NCBI GenBank assembly: GCA_965644295.1 | Contig: CBFFRP010000096.1 | Coordinates: 1 to 64,000, forward strand | Reading direction: 5' to 3' | DNA: 64,000 bases | DNA from: Paraphysomonas bandaiensis | Lineage: Eukaryota > Protista > Chrysophyceae | Shown: piece by piece, positions 63,515-64,000 of the stretch | How the letters are laid out: each line of letters opens with the position of its first letter | Numbering within the stretch: position 1 is the stretch's first letter | Translations under genes and position numbers: made by a program | Notes under the pieces: model-generated | The model's input: the letters and a program-made list of their open reading frames with translations, nothing else | Told to the model about the DNA's origin: nothing | Databases searched by the model: none

Positions 63515-64000
63515 CTACGACTGAATTTCCACAATAAGGTCGCCAACACCCAGCTGCGCTCCTTCGACGACATGCAGCGCTTTCACCACACCCTCTATTG
63601 GTGAGCTGACCATTGTCTCCATTTTCATCGCTGATATGACAACAAGAGGATCACCTTTGGCAACAGGATCACCTTGCTTAACTCTCACATTGAGAATAAC
63701 TCCAGGCATGGGAGACCCAACCGACCCGGGAACCAAGGGGTCAGCCTTCGGATGTGCCCCAGCAGCTGACCCACTGATTGATCGATCTACAACTTTCACT
63801 ACACGCTGAGTACCGTTCAATTCGAATGTGACCTCTCTACATAAGTCAGGTGAAAAGAAATATACACTCCAATGATTAATACATTACCTGGCGCCGAGAG
63901 CATTAGGCTCCGAAACGTGTTTCAGACTGATAATCAGAGTTTTACCTTTCTCAAGTTCAACGGCGATCTCCTCTCCAACTTTCATTCCCTCCACAAATGT
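63515..64000 (-). CDS. PYC: Pyruvate carboxylase, 3' end (biotin carrier domain); gene continues beyond the window
   Basis: FVEGMKVGEEIAVELEKGKTLII, VTFELNGTQR, VGSPMPG, VISAMKMET biotinylation motif. Confidence 0.92.

Overview
This window is the left end of a eukaryotic chromosome. It starts with a residual Oxford Nanopore adapter (1-26) and 487 perfect CCCTAA telomere units (31-2952). The gene set, ~45-60 bp GT-AG introns and compact spacing suggest a protist, probably a stramenopile (inference). The first ~10 kb is an accessory subtelomere with two long uninterrupted Crinkler/RHS-type (CR) ORFs: a restriction-endonuclease-fold + kinase protein and a P-loop NTPase + restriction-endonuclease-fold protein. 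A decayed copy of the kinase 3' end and a hAT transposase relic lie beside them. The core region follows, mostly as head-to-head gene pairs: a gamma-type (DFDGD) RNAi RdRP with an embedded GRF zinc finger, ISWI, two 2OG-Fe(II) oxygenases, a multi-TM protein, a sulfotransferase, an FkbM-like/GT23 fusion, two TFIIIC subunits, a Nudix hydrolase, an LRR-led large protein, a PAM2-ankyrin-BTB protein, TRAPPC1, an Ig/PH-like coiled-coil protein and the 3' end of pyruvate carboxylase. AT-rich spacers hold hAT elements (one intact with TIRs and an 8-bp TSD) and at least nine pieces of an unclassified ~550 bp repeat, three of which form a fold-back cluster. All family calls come from motif recognition by eye; no searches were run.
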